DNA from: Candidatus Kapaibacterium sp.
GTDB lineage: Bacteria > Bacteroidota > Ignavibacteria > Kapaibacteriales > UBA2268
Length of the DNA: 64,000 nt
Assembly: GCA_963665665.1 (NCBI GenBank)
Contig: OY762428.1
Coordinates: 4,064,001 to 4,128,000, forward strand
Direction of reading: 5' to 3'
Shown here: one piece after another, positions 1 through 9,900 of the stretch
How the letters are laid out: the number at the start of each line of letters is the position of its first letter
How positions within the stretch are numbered: position 1 is the stretch's first letter
Translations under genes and position numbers: made by a program
The notes under the pieces: model-generated
Told to the model about the DNA's origin: nothing
The model's database searches: none
What the model saw: the letters and a program-made list of their open reading frames with translations, nothing else

Positions 1-186
1 ATAGCAGGATTTTATTTTGAATTTGCGAATATCAGGCTAAAGTTAGGTGTTGTTGGTTATTCCACAACCGAGAGAGTAAATATATATACTCATAAAGATA
101 AAAAATGGAAATCCGGTGATATGAAAGCTTTCCCGTTACTGGGAGTCGAGGTGTCAATGGACAAATTGGTCGGTTTTGATGAATAA
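1..186 (+). CDS. C-terminal fragment of a protein entering the window (hypothetical)
   Basis: Frame 1 is open from base 1 (IAGFYFEFANIRLKLGVVGY...LGVEVSMDKLVGFDE*) to TAA at 184-186, followed by a terminator. Confidence 0.55.
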   Translation: MAGFYFEFANIRLKLGVVGYSTTERVNIYTHKDKKWKSGDMKAFPLLGVEVSMDKLVGFDE

Positions 187-216
187 TCAAGTATTTCCTT
201 CGATAGTAAGAATAAT

Positions 217-246
217 AAAAAAAAGCCCCGAAATCGGGGCTTTTTT
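217..246. terminator. Bidirectional intrinsic terminator
   Basis: A-tract, GCCCCG-AAAT-CGGGGC hairpin, T-tract, between convergent genes. Confidence 0.85.
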
Positions 247-266
247 AACATAATCTTTTTGATTGA

Positions 267-965
267 TTACCTTGCAAGTTTAAGCTCAAGTTTTTTGCCG
301 TCTTCAAATTCTATGATAATTGGCTGGAATGATGTTGTCATTTTGATATTCTGTTTCTGAGCCTGGTAAACTTTCTGTGAGTTCTGATCCATTTTATAAA
401 CCTGCTGCATCCTTATGCCTTTGCCGGGTTCTATAGGCTGGTTATCAGCATTGACAGTAAATCTTTTAATATTCTGTCCGTTGATCTGGAAATATACAAA
501 TCCCTGTACCTTTTTAATTTTCTTATCTGAAATGTTTGCAAGGGTGTAAACCAGAGCATCCAGGGGAACGTCTTTATCTTCAACTTTTTTGGTAGTAGCA
601 ACAAGTTTGTCAAGTTTGAATCCAACAGCCAGTTTCATTTCGGCTTTTGTTGTGCTTGTAAGAAGGCTGTTATTGCTGATTGTGCGCCTCAGTTTGTTTT
701 CCATTTCAATAACCTGGCCTACTGTTTTGCCATTCAGGGAGTCTTTATTGAATGATAATCTTTGTACACCGTTTGAGAAAAGGTCAATTTCTTCCCTTGT
801 GACGTCTTTATCGTCTTTCATCTTTCTTGCTATATCCAGCAGGTTCGTGGAATTAATTTTTTCGTTAAGCAGTGGTGATGATGCTTTTTGCTGCCCGCAG
901 GAAATCAGAGTTACCATAAAAGCCGCAATAAGCATAAACGATAAAGCGCTTGAAAATTTTCTCAT
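267..965 (-). CDS. Hypothetical lipoprotein
   Basis: Signal peptide with lipobox-like LISC; 232 aa; no family recognised. Confidence 0.75.
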   Translation of the reverse strand: MRKFSSALSFMLIAAFMVTLISCGQQKASSPLLNEKINSTNLLDIARKMKDDKDVTREEIDLFSNGVQRLSFNKDSLNGKTVGQVIEMENKLRRTISNNSLLTSTTKAEMKLAVGFKLDKLVATTKKVEDKDVPLDALVYTLANISDKKIKKVQGFVYFQINGQNIKRFTVNADNQPIEPGKGIRMQQVYKMDQNSQKVYQAQKQNIKMTTSFQPIIIEFEDGKKLELKLAR

Positions 966-1045
966 GTCAACCTCGATTTAATTGTTTGTTCATAATTACA
1001 TTTACAAAAAAACAAAAATAAGAGATTATAAACACATGGGCAACT

Positions 1046-1957
1046 TTAATTTAATCCCAGCATATCTTTTAGTATGCCATATCTCAATCCGAAAGTCGAA
1101 ACAATCACAGAATCGGTATTCAAATAGCTCAGGGATTCTATCAGAATGATTGCTCCTGCAGTTATCAGGTCGGCCCTGTTCTGATGAATACCATAACGGG
1201 CAGTTATCTGGGAGGCTGTCAGGGTTTTGAAAATATCCATAACCCGATTAACTTCAGTAATCGACAGATTATACCCCTGTACTTTTTCCCAGTCAAATTG
1301 ATGCAGTCCAAGAGCTGCCGAAGCAATAGAGGTTGGTGTTCCCGCTACAGCGTAAAGCTGCGCAGGCTTTTCAATTTTGCCAAATGATGTTAATTGTTCA
1401 CGAATGAAGTTACCCGCGTTTGCAAATTCAGTTTCGGATGGCGGTTGCTTAGGGAAAAATTGTTCCGTAAGTTTAACAGAACCAATCTTTAAACTTTTCC
1501 TGTACTGAATTTGCCCCTTTGCCCCGAAAATCAGCTCGGTACTGCCACCGCCAATATCCAGCAGGGCTGCGTTTTTCTCGAAACCGACTGCGCCGATATA
1601 CCCAAGCCGGGCTTCTTCCTCTCCACTAATAATTTCTACATCAGCATTAATAATATCTGACAGGTATTCTCTGACTTTATCTGAATTCGAAGCTTCGCGC
1701 ATAGCACTTGTGGCACATATTCTTATCTTTTCAACACCGTAATCATCACAAATTTTTCTATAGCCTTTCAGTATATCAGCTGCTCTTAAAACGGCTTTTC
1801 CGCCAATTTTCCCGGTATTATTCAGGTTTTCACCTAATCGGGCTATACCGTGGTTGTCCTTAATTATCTCAAGATTACCGTTCTTTCCTTTCCTGCCAAT
1901 AAGCATCAATATTGTATTTGTACCCATATCGACGGAAGCGCATAATGGTTCTGCCAT
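1046..1957 (-). CDS. ppx: Ppx/GppA family exopolyphosphatase
   Basis: DMGTNT, ATSAMREA, ISGEEEARL, DIGGGSTE and GLRYG motifs. Confidence 0.92.
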   Translation of the reverse strand: MAEPLCASVDMGTNTILMLIGRKGKNGNLEIIKDNHGIARLGENLNNTGKIGGKAVLRAADILKGYRKICDDYGVEKIRICATSAMREASNSDKVREYLSDIINADVEIISGEEEARLGYIGAVGFEKNAALLDIGGGSTELIFGAKGQIQYRKSLKIGSVKLTEQFFPKQPPSETEFANAGNFIREQLTSFGKIEKPAQLYAVAGTPTSIASAALGLHQFDWEKVQGYNLSITEVNRVMDIFKTLTASQITARYGIHQNRADLITAGAIILIESLSYLNTDSVIVSTFGLRYGILKDMLGLN

Positions 1958-1960
1958 TTA

Positions 1961-2812
1961 CTACTCTCCCGGTTTAAAATGAAATGCAACCCATTCATCC
2001 TCGATCAGGGAACCTGCTTTAACAAAGCCGGCTTCTTTCGCAGCTTTTAGAACATCTTCACCGTCGTATTTCAGAATTCCGGATACGACAAGGTCACCGG
2101 AATTGTCTTTCAGAGCCTGGTAAAATTTTGGTAATGCTTCAATAATAAGGTTGCTGTTCAGGTTGGCAGCTATTCCGTCACATTCGGGGAGCTTCATAGA
2201 CTGGATATCTGAATCATCAAGTTTGATTATTTTCTCGACGCCGTTGCGTTCGAAGTTTTCCCGGGCATTATCAATCGACCATGAGTTATTGTCGAATGCG
2301 TAAACAGCCCCCGCCCCGAGCTTTACAGCAAGAATCGCGAGAGCACCGGTACCGGTTCCAACGTCCAGCCAATATGAACCGGGCTGTACCAGGCCTTCCA
2401 TAAGGCGGCAAACCAGGCGGGTGGTAGCGTGATGCCCTGTACCGAAGGACATTTTTGGATTTATTATAATCAGTATTTCCCTGTCAAGCTCCTTTTTTCT
2501 CCATTCCGGGGCAATACCTATCTTCGGGCTGATATCAATAGCAGGAACAGTTTTTTCCCATTCCTCGTTCCAGTTCTTTTCAGTGATTACTTCTTCTTTT
2601 TCAATACTGATATTTTCGTTCAGCTTTTTCAGATCTGCAAGCAGAGCTTTCTTTAATTCCTCGTTCCAGCTTGTAAGTTCAAAGCTGATAATCATTTTAT
2701 CAAATTTTTCCTCGATACCTGTAATCGGGTAGCTATATATTATTCCGTAAGCAGTATCGAAATATTCTTCCATAATATTCAGGGTGATATTTATATATTG
2801 TTGCTTTTCCAT
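1961..2812 (-). CDS. prmA: Ribosomal protein L11 methyltransferase
   Basis: NWNEEWEK, INPKMSFGTGHHATT, LDVGTGTGAL; start placed at the internal ATG (MEKQQ). Confidence 0.92.
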   Translation of the reverse strand: MEKQQYINITLNIMEEYFDTAYGIIYSYPITGIEEKFDKMIISFELTSWNEELKKALLADLKKLNENISIEKEEVITEKNWNEEWEKTVPAIDISPKIGIAPEWRKKELDREILIIINPKMSFGTGHHATTRLVCRLMEGLVQPGSYWLDVGTGTGALAILAVKLGAGAVYAFDNNSWSIDNARENFERNGVEKIIKLDDSDIQSMKLPECDGIAANLNSNLIIEALPKFYQALKDNSGDLVVSGILKYDGEDVLKAAKEAGFVKAGSLIEDEWVAFHFKPGE

Positions 2813-2956
2813 AATAATCTTCCACTTTCTTAATAATTTGTCAAAATCATTACAACTCATAGACGTTTTAAATAATAATTGATTACAAATTTACTTAAAC
2901 TTCACAGATATTTCTTATATTTTCATGAAAATAATTTCAATAATCGAAAAAGAATA

Positions 2957-3478
2957 ATGACACAGGAAGAAAACGAAAAATTAAAAGAAATTAAAATTCT
3001 GGTGATGGATGTTGACGGCACCCTGACCGACGGAGCAATGTATTATTCAGCTAATGGTGAGGAATTAAAAAGGTTTTCAACACGTGACGGTATGGGAATA
3101 ACATTACTCAGCCGGGGAAATATTGAAACAGCAATTATTACAAGTGAGAACTCTGCGATTGTAAGTTCCAGGGCTGATAAATTGAAAATTGCACATGTAT
3201 ATCTCGGCTCGCGGGATAAGACAAAAACAATTAAAGAACTGGCGGAAAAACTTAATTTATCTTTACAAAATATTGCTTATATTGGCGATGATATTAATGA
3301 CGAGCATGTTATGAAAATCTGCGGGTTTTCGGCCTGTCCGTCCGATGCCGTTGAAATTATTCGTAAAACGGCATCATATATCTGCAAAGCAAAAGGCGGC
3401 AACGGGGCCGTCAGAGAATTTTCAGAAATTATTTTGAAAGCTCAGGGAAAACCCGTATCATTGAAAGAAAATTGGTAA
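2957..3478 (+). CDS. kdsC: KdsC-family HAD phosphatase (KDO-8-phosphate phosphatase)
   Basis: DVDGTLTDG, KRFSTRDGMG, IGDDIND, GGNGAVRE; ATG at 2957. Confidence 0.88.
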   Translation: MTQEENEKLKEIKILVMDVDGTLTDGAMYYSANGEELKRFSTRDGMGITLLSRGNIETAIITSENSAIVSSRADKLKIAHVYLGSRDKTKTIKELAEKLNLSLQNIAYIGDDINDEHVMKICGFSACPSDAVEIIRKTASYICKAKGGNGAVREFSEIILKAQGKPVSLKENW

Positions 3479-3498
3479 TTTTTATCAGGAGGTGAATT

Positions 3499-3939
3499 AT
3501 GAGCAACCAGCAAGACAGCGGAGCATATACTAAGGGATTTGTTTTCGGAGCGATGATTGGCGGAGCCGTCGGAGCTTTAACAGCACTGCTGTTAGCACCA
3601 AAAAGCGGTAAAGAACTTAGGCAGGATATTGCCGATAAATCTCTCGATATGTATGACAAGGCGTCAGATTATATGGCAGATGTTCAGGAGAATGTTGGCA
3701 ACAAAGTAAATGACACTTATAACGAAGGCCGCATAAAAGCCGAAAGTATAATAAGTAATGCGAAAAGGCAGGCAAGAGAACTTCTTAACGATGCCGAGGG
3801 AATTCTTTCTGAAGCAAAAGATAAAGCTTATGCTACGAAAGACAATGTTCAGGATAAAATTGAAACCCTGAAGGAGGCAACCAAAGCTGGAGCCGAGGCA
3901 TTTAAAGCGGAAATTAACGCCGATAAAGATGTTTATTAA
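3499..3939 (+). CDS. YtxH-domain protein
   Basis: GAMIGGAVGALTALLLAPKSGKELR signature; AGGAGG Shine-Dalgarno upstream. Confidence 0.88.
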   Translation: MSNQQDSGAYTKGFVFGAMIGGAVGALTALLLAPKSGKELRQDIADKSLDMYDKASDYMADVQENVGNKVNDTYNEGRIKAESIISNAKRQARELLNDAEGILSEAKDKAYATKDNVQDKIETLKEATKAGAEAFKAEINADKDVY

Positions 3940-3953
3940 TTTTAATATTTCTG

Positions 3954-4460
3954 GTGCAAACAATGGATACTGACATGCTGCTGTGGGCAGCTTCAATGCT
4001 CGCCCTGGGATCATTTATTATTCTTGCGATTTTTATTATCGTGTTTCTTTCTAATGCCGGTAAATTTATCGAACAGGCAAAGCTTTCACTGAATAAAGCC
4101 TCCGCCGATCTTTCTGATATCAAGAAAGATGTTAAAACAACGCTAAAAGGCATAGATGTAATGCAGGATGAATTTGTTAAATCCCTGCATCATTTTAATG
4201 ATATGAAAGCCAAAGCTGTTGATACAATGACTAACCTGGATGATTCGATTGAAGCCATTCAGGAAACGACTCAATCAGTCAGAACAAGGGCCGACGCTGT
4301 TTATAATATAATCAGGCCGTTCAATGACCTGTCTGAGCATATTTATAATAAAATTGCCCCGCCGCTTATTGAAACAGCAAACTTTATTACTGCGGCAACA
4401 AAGGCATTTTCCACTTTCTCTGGTATCTTATTCAGGAAAAAACAAAAACCTGAAGAATGA
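3954..4460 (+). CDS. DUF948/YtxG-like membrane-anchored coiled-coil protein
   Basis: Single N-terminal TM helix followed by coiled coil; adjacent to the YtxH gene. Confidence 0.65.
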   Translation: MQTMDTDMLLWAASMLALGSFIILAIFIIVFLSNAGKFIEQAKLSLNKASADLSDIKKDVKTTLKGIDVMQDEFVKSLHHFNDMKAKAVDTMTNLDDSIEAIQETTQSVRTRADAVYNIIRPFNDLSEHIYNKIAPPLIETANFITAATKAFSTFSGILFRKKQKPEE

Positions 4461-4474
4461 ATCTGAAAAAAAAC

Positions 4475-4508
4475 AAACACCCTGCTGAGACCCGGCAGGG
4501 TGTTTTTT
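4475..4508 (+). terminator. Intrinsic terminator
   Basis: AAACACCCTGCTG...CGGCAGGGTGTTT stem plus T-tract. Confidence 0.8.
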
Positions 4509-4597
4509 AAAAAAGGATACTGATCATATTTTAGGTTAAAATAAAATTTAATTAGATTCTTTGATTATAATACGTGATATTTATTCTTGGAAAATAT

Positions 4598-4801
4598 ATG
4601 ATTGAGGTTCAGTACATAAATGATTCAAGCGGAAAGCCGGTAGCTGTAGTTCTCCCTATTGAATTTTGGAGATCTTTATTTCCGGAAGATGAAACTGACA
4701 GGATTCTTTCATCTAAAATTATGAAGAAGAGATTGCTGGAAGCGATGCAAAGAAATGACGGATATTCTATTGAGGATGTTCATGAGAAACTTGGAATTTG
4801 A
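4598..4801 (+). CDS. Putative type II antitoxin (Phd/YefM-like partner of YoeB)
   Basis: 67 aa; QYINDSSGKPVAVVLPIE and ETDRILSS..MKKRLLEA; overlaps a YoeB-like start. Confidence 0.65.
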   Translation: MIEVQYINDSSGKPVAVVLPIEFWRSLFPEDETDRILSSKIMKKRLLEAMQRNDGYSIEDVHEKLGI

Positions 4802-4838
4802 TCATTTGGCATTTCAGGATTTGGCCTGGTGGATTTAA
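4782..4838 (+). pseudogene. Truncated Txe/YoeB toxin remnant
   Basis: ATG at 4782 gives MRNLEFDHLAFQDLAWWI*, resembling a YoeB N-terminus; stops after 18 codons. Confidence 0.65.
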
Positions 4839-4873
4839 TATCGCAGCTGAGCCAAAACTAACCGCAACAAATA

Positions 4874-6391
4874 TTAGCCAAAACCATATATTTCCCCGTA
4901 TTTTTCTTCAAGTATATCAAAGAAATCATTTGTATTTAATCCGTTGCCTGATAATCTGTTAATAAGTTCCGACGGGGTATAAATCTTTCCGTATTGATGA
5001 ATATTATCCTTCAGCCACATACGAATCTGAAAAAAATCTCCCGTTGAAATCAGATTGCAAACATCAGGAATATTCTTTTTCATAGCTTTCCATATTGTTG
5101 CAGCATATAGTTTTCCGATTGTATAGGATGGGAAGTATCCGAACATACCGTCGGCCCAGTGAATATCCTGCATACATCCGATTGCATCATTATCGGGCAC
5201 GATTCCAAGATATTCTTTCATTTTAATATTAAATACGGAAGGAATTTCATCAACTTTCATATTACCGTTAATAATTTCTTTTTCTATCTCATATCGAATA
5301 ATAATATGCAAATTATATGTTAATTCATCTGCTTCAGTCCTGATAAATGAGCTCTCCACCTTATTTATGGCAGTATAAATATCTTCCGGATAATATTGTT
5401 CCAGTTTATCAGGGAATAATTCTTTAAGGCAGGGGAGGCTCCATTGGCACCAGGATTTGGTTCTTGCAATTATATTTTCCCACAGCAGTGCCTGTGATTC
5501 ATGCATACCAAACGAGGCTCCTTCACCTAGGAATGTTCTGTTAAGTTTCAGGTCAATTCCCTGCTCGTATAGTCCGTGTCCGGTTTCATGTATGGTTCCG
5601 AAAATGCAGGATCTCAGATCGTCGTGATTAACCCTTGTTGTTATCCTGACATCATTGCCTGTTATTGGCATTGTAAACGGATGAACAGAGGAATCCAGGC
5701 GACCCCGGGCATAGTCAAAAGCCATTTTGCGTGTGATCTTTTTTGCCATTAAAAATTGCTTGTCAGGATCGAAATATTTATAAAACAATGAATTATCTAT
5801 GTATATGTCCGAAGCTGATATTTTTGTAAGAAGCTTCGATGTTTGACATTTAATATCATTGAAAATAATATCAAGAGACTGGCTTGTAATACCCGGTTCG
5901 AAAACCTCCAGCAGGGAATCATACGGATTATCGAAACTGCTGAAGCAGGAGGCATAATACCTTTTTAGCTGAACCAATCCTGATAGTTCATTTGCCCATA
6001 TCGAAAAATCATTATCAATTCTTGCCTGATGCCAGGCTTGCAGGCACAGGCTGCGTTTACGCGTAATTTTTTCTATCAAATCTTTAGGAACGCAGTTTTC
6101 TCTTTCAAATTCTCTGACAAAATTCCTGTATAGAGCTGTTTCAATATCGAGCCTGCTTTTTATACCGGATTGTATCTCTTGGTAATATTCTTTTGCTTCG
6201 TTTCCTGTTATCATATCGTGATAAATTGCGGATATCGTGGACATCTGTTCGCCCCTGTCCTCAACAGCTGATGTCGGCATATAAGTTTCCTGATCCCATG
6301 ACATTCCGGACTGAATGGATTTCAGGTCTTTCAGTGGGCGGGTAAAATCAAGAAGACTGTAAAAGAACTCATTTTTTCTTGGAAATTCCAT
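4874..6391 (-). CDS. Carboxypeptidase, M32 family
   Basis: WDQETYMP, HPF, DVRITTR, HETGH zinc motif, HESQ, IRTEADELTY, QDIHW, GYFPSY. Confidence 0.93.
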   Translation of the reverse strand: MEFPRKNEFFYSLLDFTRPLKDLKSIQSGMSWDQETYMPTSAVEDRGEQMSTISAIYHDMITGNEAKEYYQEIQSGIKSRLDIETALYRNFVREFERENCVPKDLIEKITRKRSLCLQAWHQARIDNDFSIWANELSGLVQLKRYYASCFSSFDNPYDSLLEVFEPGITSQSLDIIFNDIKCQTSKLLTKISASDIYIDNSLFYKYFDPDKQFLMAKKITRKMAFDYARGRLDSSVHPFTMPITGNDVRITTRVNHDDLRSCIFGTIHETGHGLYEQGIDLKLNRTFLGEGASFGMHESQALLWENIIARTKSWCQWSLPCLKELFPDKLEQYYPEDIYTAINKVESSFIRTEADELTYNLHIIIRYEIEKEIINGNMKVDEIPSVFNIKMKEYLGIVPDNDAIGCMQDIHWADGMFGYFPSYTIGKLYAATIWKAMKKNIPDVCNLISTGDFFQIRMWLKDNIHQYGKIYTPSELINRLSGNGLNTNDFFDILEEKYGEIYGFG

Positions 6392-6828
6392 GATACATAA
6401 ACTCAATTTTCAATGGCATTCTAATTTTCGACTAATTATTCAAATATACAATTTGATTACCGAATTACAAAATAGCTGAATTTTTTAGTAAAGATCCATT
6501 GTCAGGCAGAGTAATAAGAAATTTAGCAGGCGATCATACCGGTAAAAGCTGGCGAGTAAAAATCGATATTTTGTGCTTCCTGCTTCTCCAAATATTTTTG
6601 GTGCCATACCCTTGATTTGAAAAAATGTTTGAGTGATTTCCATTTTAATGGAATTTATAATTACTTTGTGATGTAAGTTCGAATTAAAATATATTGTTTT
6701 ACATGAATTATTACTATTTTCGGAAAAGTAGATTTTTTCATGATTTTATCATGTTCAATATTAAGCAATGTTAAAAAAGCCATGAAATATTGATTCGACT
6801 CCAGAGTCTTGAAAAAAGCAGGCAGTTT

Positions 6829-6845
6829 TGGCAATAGCCATGCCA
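6829..6845. promoter_or_regulatory. Possible overlapping sigma54-type -24/-12 elements on both strands
   Basis: Plus strand TGGCAATAGCCATGC and minus strand TGGCATGGCTATTGC both fit GG-N10-GC. Confidence 0.25.
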
Positions 6846-6909
6846 TAGAAAAGAAACATACTTGTAATCATTTTTTTGTCATTTTAAATTATCGAAAAGA
6901 TTAGCAATA

Positions 6910-9900
6910 ATGAAATTGGTATCCGGATTAAAAATGCTTCAAATATTATCACTTGTAATATTTTCACTTCTTTTGAGTGCAGCATCTCTAAAAGCTAAAA
7001 AAACATATATTGTCAAATTCAAATCACCACCAAAAAATATTGATAATGTACTTGATAATGATTCTTTTTATAAGTTCACAGACAGGATGCCGGCAATGGC
7101 CGGGGATAAAAGCCGGGACTTTAAGCAAACCCCGGAATTCATTGAACTTGATAAATATTTTATTATTAAAGTAGAAGATAACAGCGATTTGCTTTCAATG
7201 TTCGGAAATAATATCGAGTCGGCAGGGCCAAACAGAATATTTCATATTGATGCCGAGGAAATTGACGACCCCGACTATCTGGAGCAGTGGAATATCCCTG
7301 CGGTTAAGGCGAATGAAGCTTGGGAAACGGCCACGGGAAAGGATATACTTGTTGGCGTGGTTGATACGGGAATTGAATACCTTCATCCCGATCTGAAAAA
7401 CCAGCTTTGGGTGAATCCCGGCGAAGATATTAATAACAACGGAAAATTTGATCCATGGCCTTTCAGCCAGACAATTGACGGCGTGACAGGCGATATAAAT
7501 TATATTGACGATGACAAAAACGGCTATGCTGATGACATTATCGGTTATGATTTTGTTGACCAGGATGTGATGAACCTTGGCGATTCAAAAACTCAGGATT
7601 ATGATCCCCGGGACGAACATGGCCACGGTACTGCCGTATCCGGAATAATTGCAGCCGAAAAAAATAATTCCTACGGAATATGCGGCGTAGCCTATAATGC
7701 AAAAATTGTCACGCTCCGCGGACTTGATGCTACGGGAAACGGGGAAACCGACGACATAGCCGCATCAATTATTTACGGTGCTATGATCGGAGTTGACGTT
7801 ATGAATTTCTCATTCGGAGAATCGTTCAATACACCCTTGATCCACGATGCAGTTAAATTTGCCCGATCCAGGGGTTGTGTTATTGCTGCATCTTCGGGAA
7901 ATTCAGGCTGGGACGAAAAGCACTATCCCTCCGATTATGATGAAGTAATATCAGTAGGCGCTATTGATTCTGATCTGGAAAGAGATTACCGTTCTAATTA
8001 TGGTTCCAGGCTTGCCTTAATGGCTCCCGGCACCAATGTTATGTCGGATAATTTTATTGGCGGAACAAAAGCATATAGCGGAACATCCATGGCTGCACCA
8101 CATGTAGCTGCTGCTGCTGCTATGCTGCTTGAATCCAAACCTGGCCTTGGCCCTGAAGAAGTAAAAGGCATATTGCAGTCAAGTGCCCGCGATGCCGGAG
8201 ATAAAGGCTGGGACTTATTTTACGCATCGGGAATTCTTGATATTAATTCAGCGCTAAATGCAACCGGTTCCACGAAATTTAATATTTTATTTCCTATGGA
8301 TCAGGCAAATTTTAACAGGGATAAGGTTCAGTCAATTCCGGTAGTGGCAAATATTATCACGCCTTTATTTGATACTTACCAGGTATTTATTACTGAAGGG
8401 GAAAATGCCAAAGAAAGGCTTGGCTCTTATCCGGAGGACGAAAAAAAATGGATTCCGGTTTCCGATAAAATTGATTTGCAGTGCGTAAATGATACAGTAG
8501 CTGTTATCAATACTTCAGAACTTAAAGATACTGTTTATACCGTCAGGATACTTGTCAGCCTGAAAAATTCCAATACAATTGAGCAGAGAGTTAAGATAGA
8601 ATTAAGCTCTGCTGCCAATCCGTTGAAAATATCGGCATTGTCTTTCGCTTACCCGATTTTTAATGAAAGCCGATCTCTTTTTATTACAGCACAGACCAAC
8701 AGGATATCATCATATCTCCTTAGATACAGGCCAAAATCCTCGGCTGATCCATATAAAATAGTAAATGAAACAGATTACAGATCTAATTATCATTCAATAT
8801 TGCTTACTGATCCTTCAGCTATAGGAATTGAAATGGAAGCCGATGCTATTGCATACCTTGAAACCGGCGATTCGGTTTTTCATAACTTTGAGTTTACAAT
8901 TCCTGAAAAGTCATTCCCAACGAGTGGTTTCGATATGAAAGAATATTCTGCGCCTCCGTCCTATATCAACAACGAGGTTGCAAGCCTTTACGGATCCGGA
9001 AGCGAGGTGTTCGCAGTGAATGATTATAGCTATGGCACATGGGGCTATGCCAAATTATACCAGTTCGAGGATGGAGAATTTAAGAGCAAAGATTCTCTTT
9101 ACGGCTCTTGGATTCCTAATGGTATCGGTGATTCAAATGGCGACGGTATTATGGAGGTTCTTGCATACAAGGGAGGTAAAACAGCCCTTTTCCAGGCAGA
9201 ACCGGGCAGCAGCAATCCCTTTTCATCAATCATGTTTGCCGATACAATACTACAAAATTTCTGGGCGGCCGGGATGAAAGATATTGATGGCGACGGCCTG
9301 GAAGATATTATTGCATTCAACGATACGACCTTCTTCATAATGACATATAAAAACGGTAAATATGAATATATACCGGCTTTGGTAGAATATCCCTACAATC
9401 TGATTGGAACTTTCCCTGGCCTTGCGGTTGGAGATTTTGACAATGACGGCAATATTGAGCTTTGTCATGGTAATATACGGGGTAACCTGATTATCCATGA
9501 ATTTAAAAACGGACAATTCTCCGTTGAGAAGATAGACGGTTCAACGATAACAAGCGGGAGCCAGTATTTATATAGCGCTGATATTGACGGCGACGGAACA
9601 CCGGAAATTATATCAGCAAACTTCGGCCAGAACGTCCTGCTGCCTAATAATGACGGTGGTAAATCTCTTTGGCTTTACCGGGTAATAAAATATACTGATG
9701 AGGATTATAAGGTTATCTGGGATGATTTGCTTTATGGTGTTCGGGGAGGTTTCGGATACAGGAATGCAGCACTCGCCGGAAATCTCGACAGTGATCCTGC
9801 AGATGAAATTATCATATCGGCTTTCCCGAATATTTATGTTATGGAATGGGATGACGAGAAAAATGATATGAAACCAATGTGGACATTCCCCAACGTTTTT

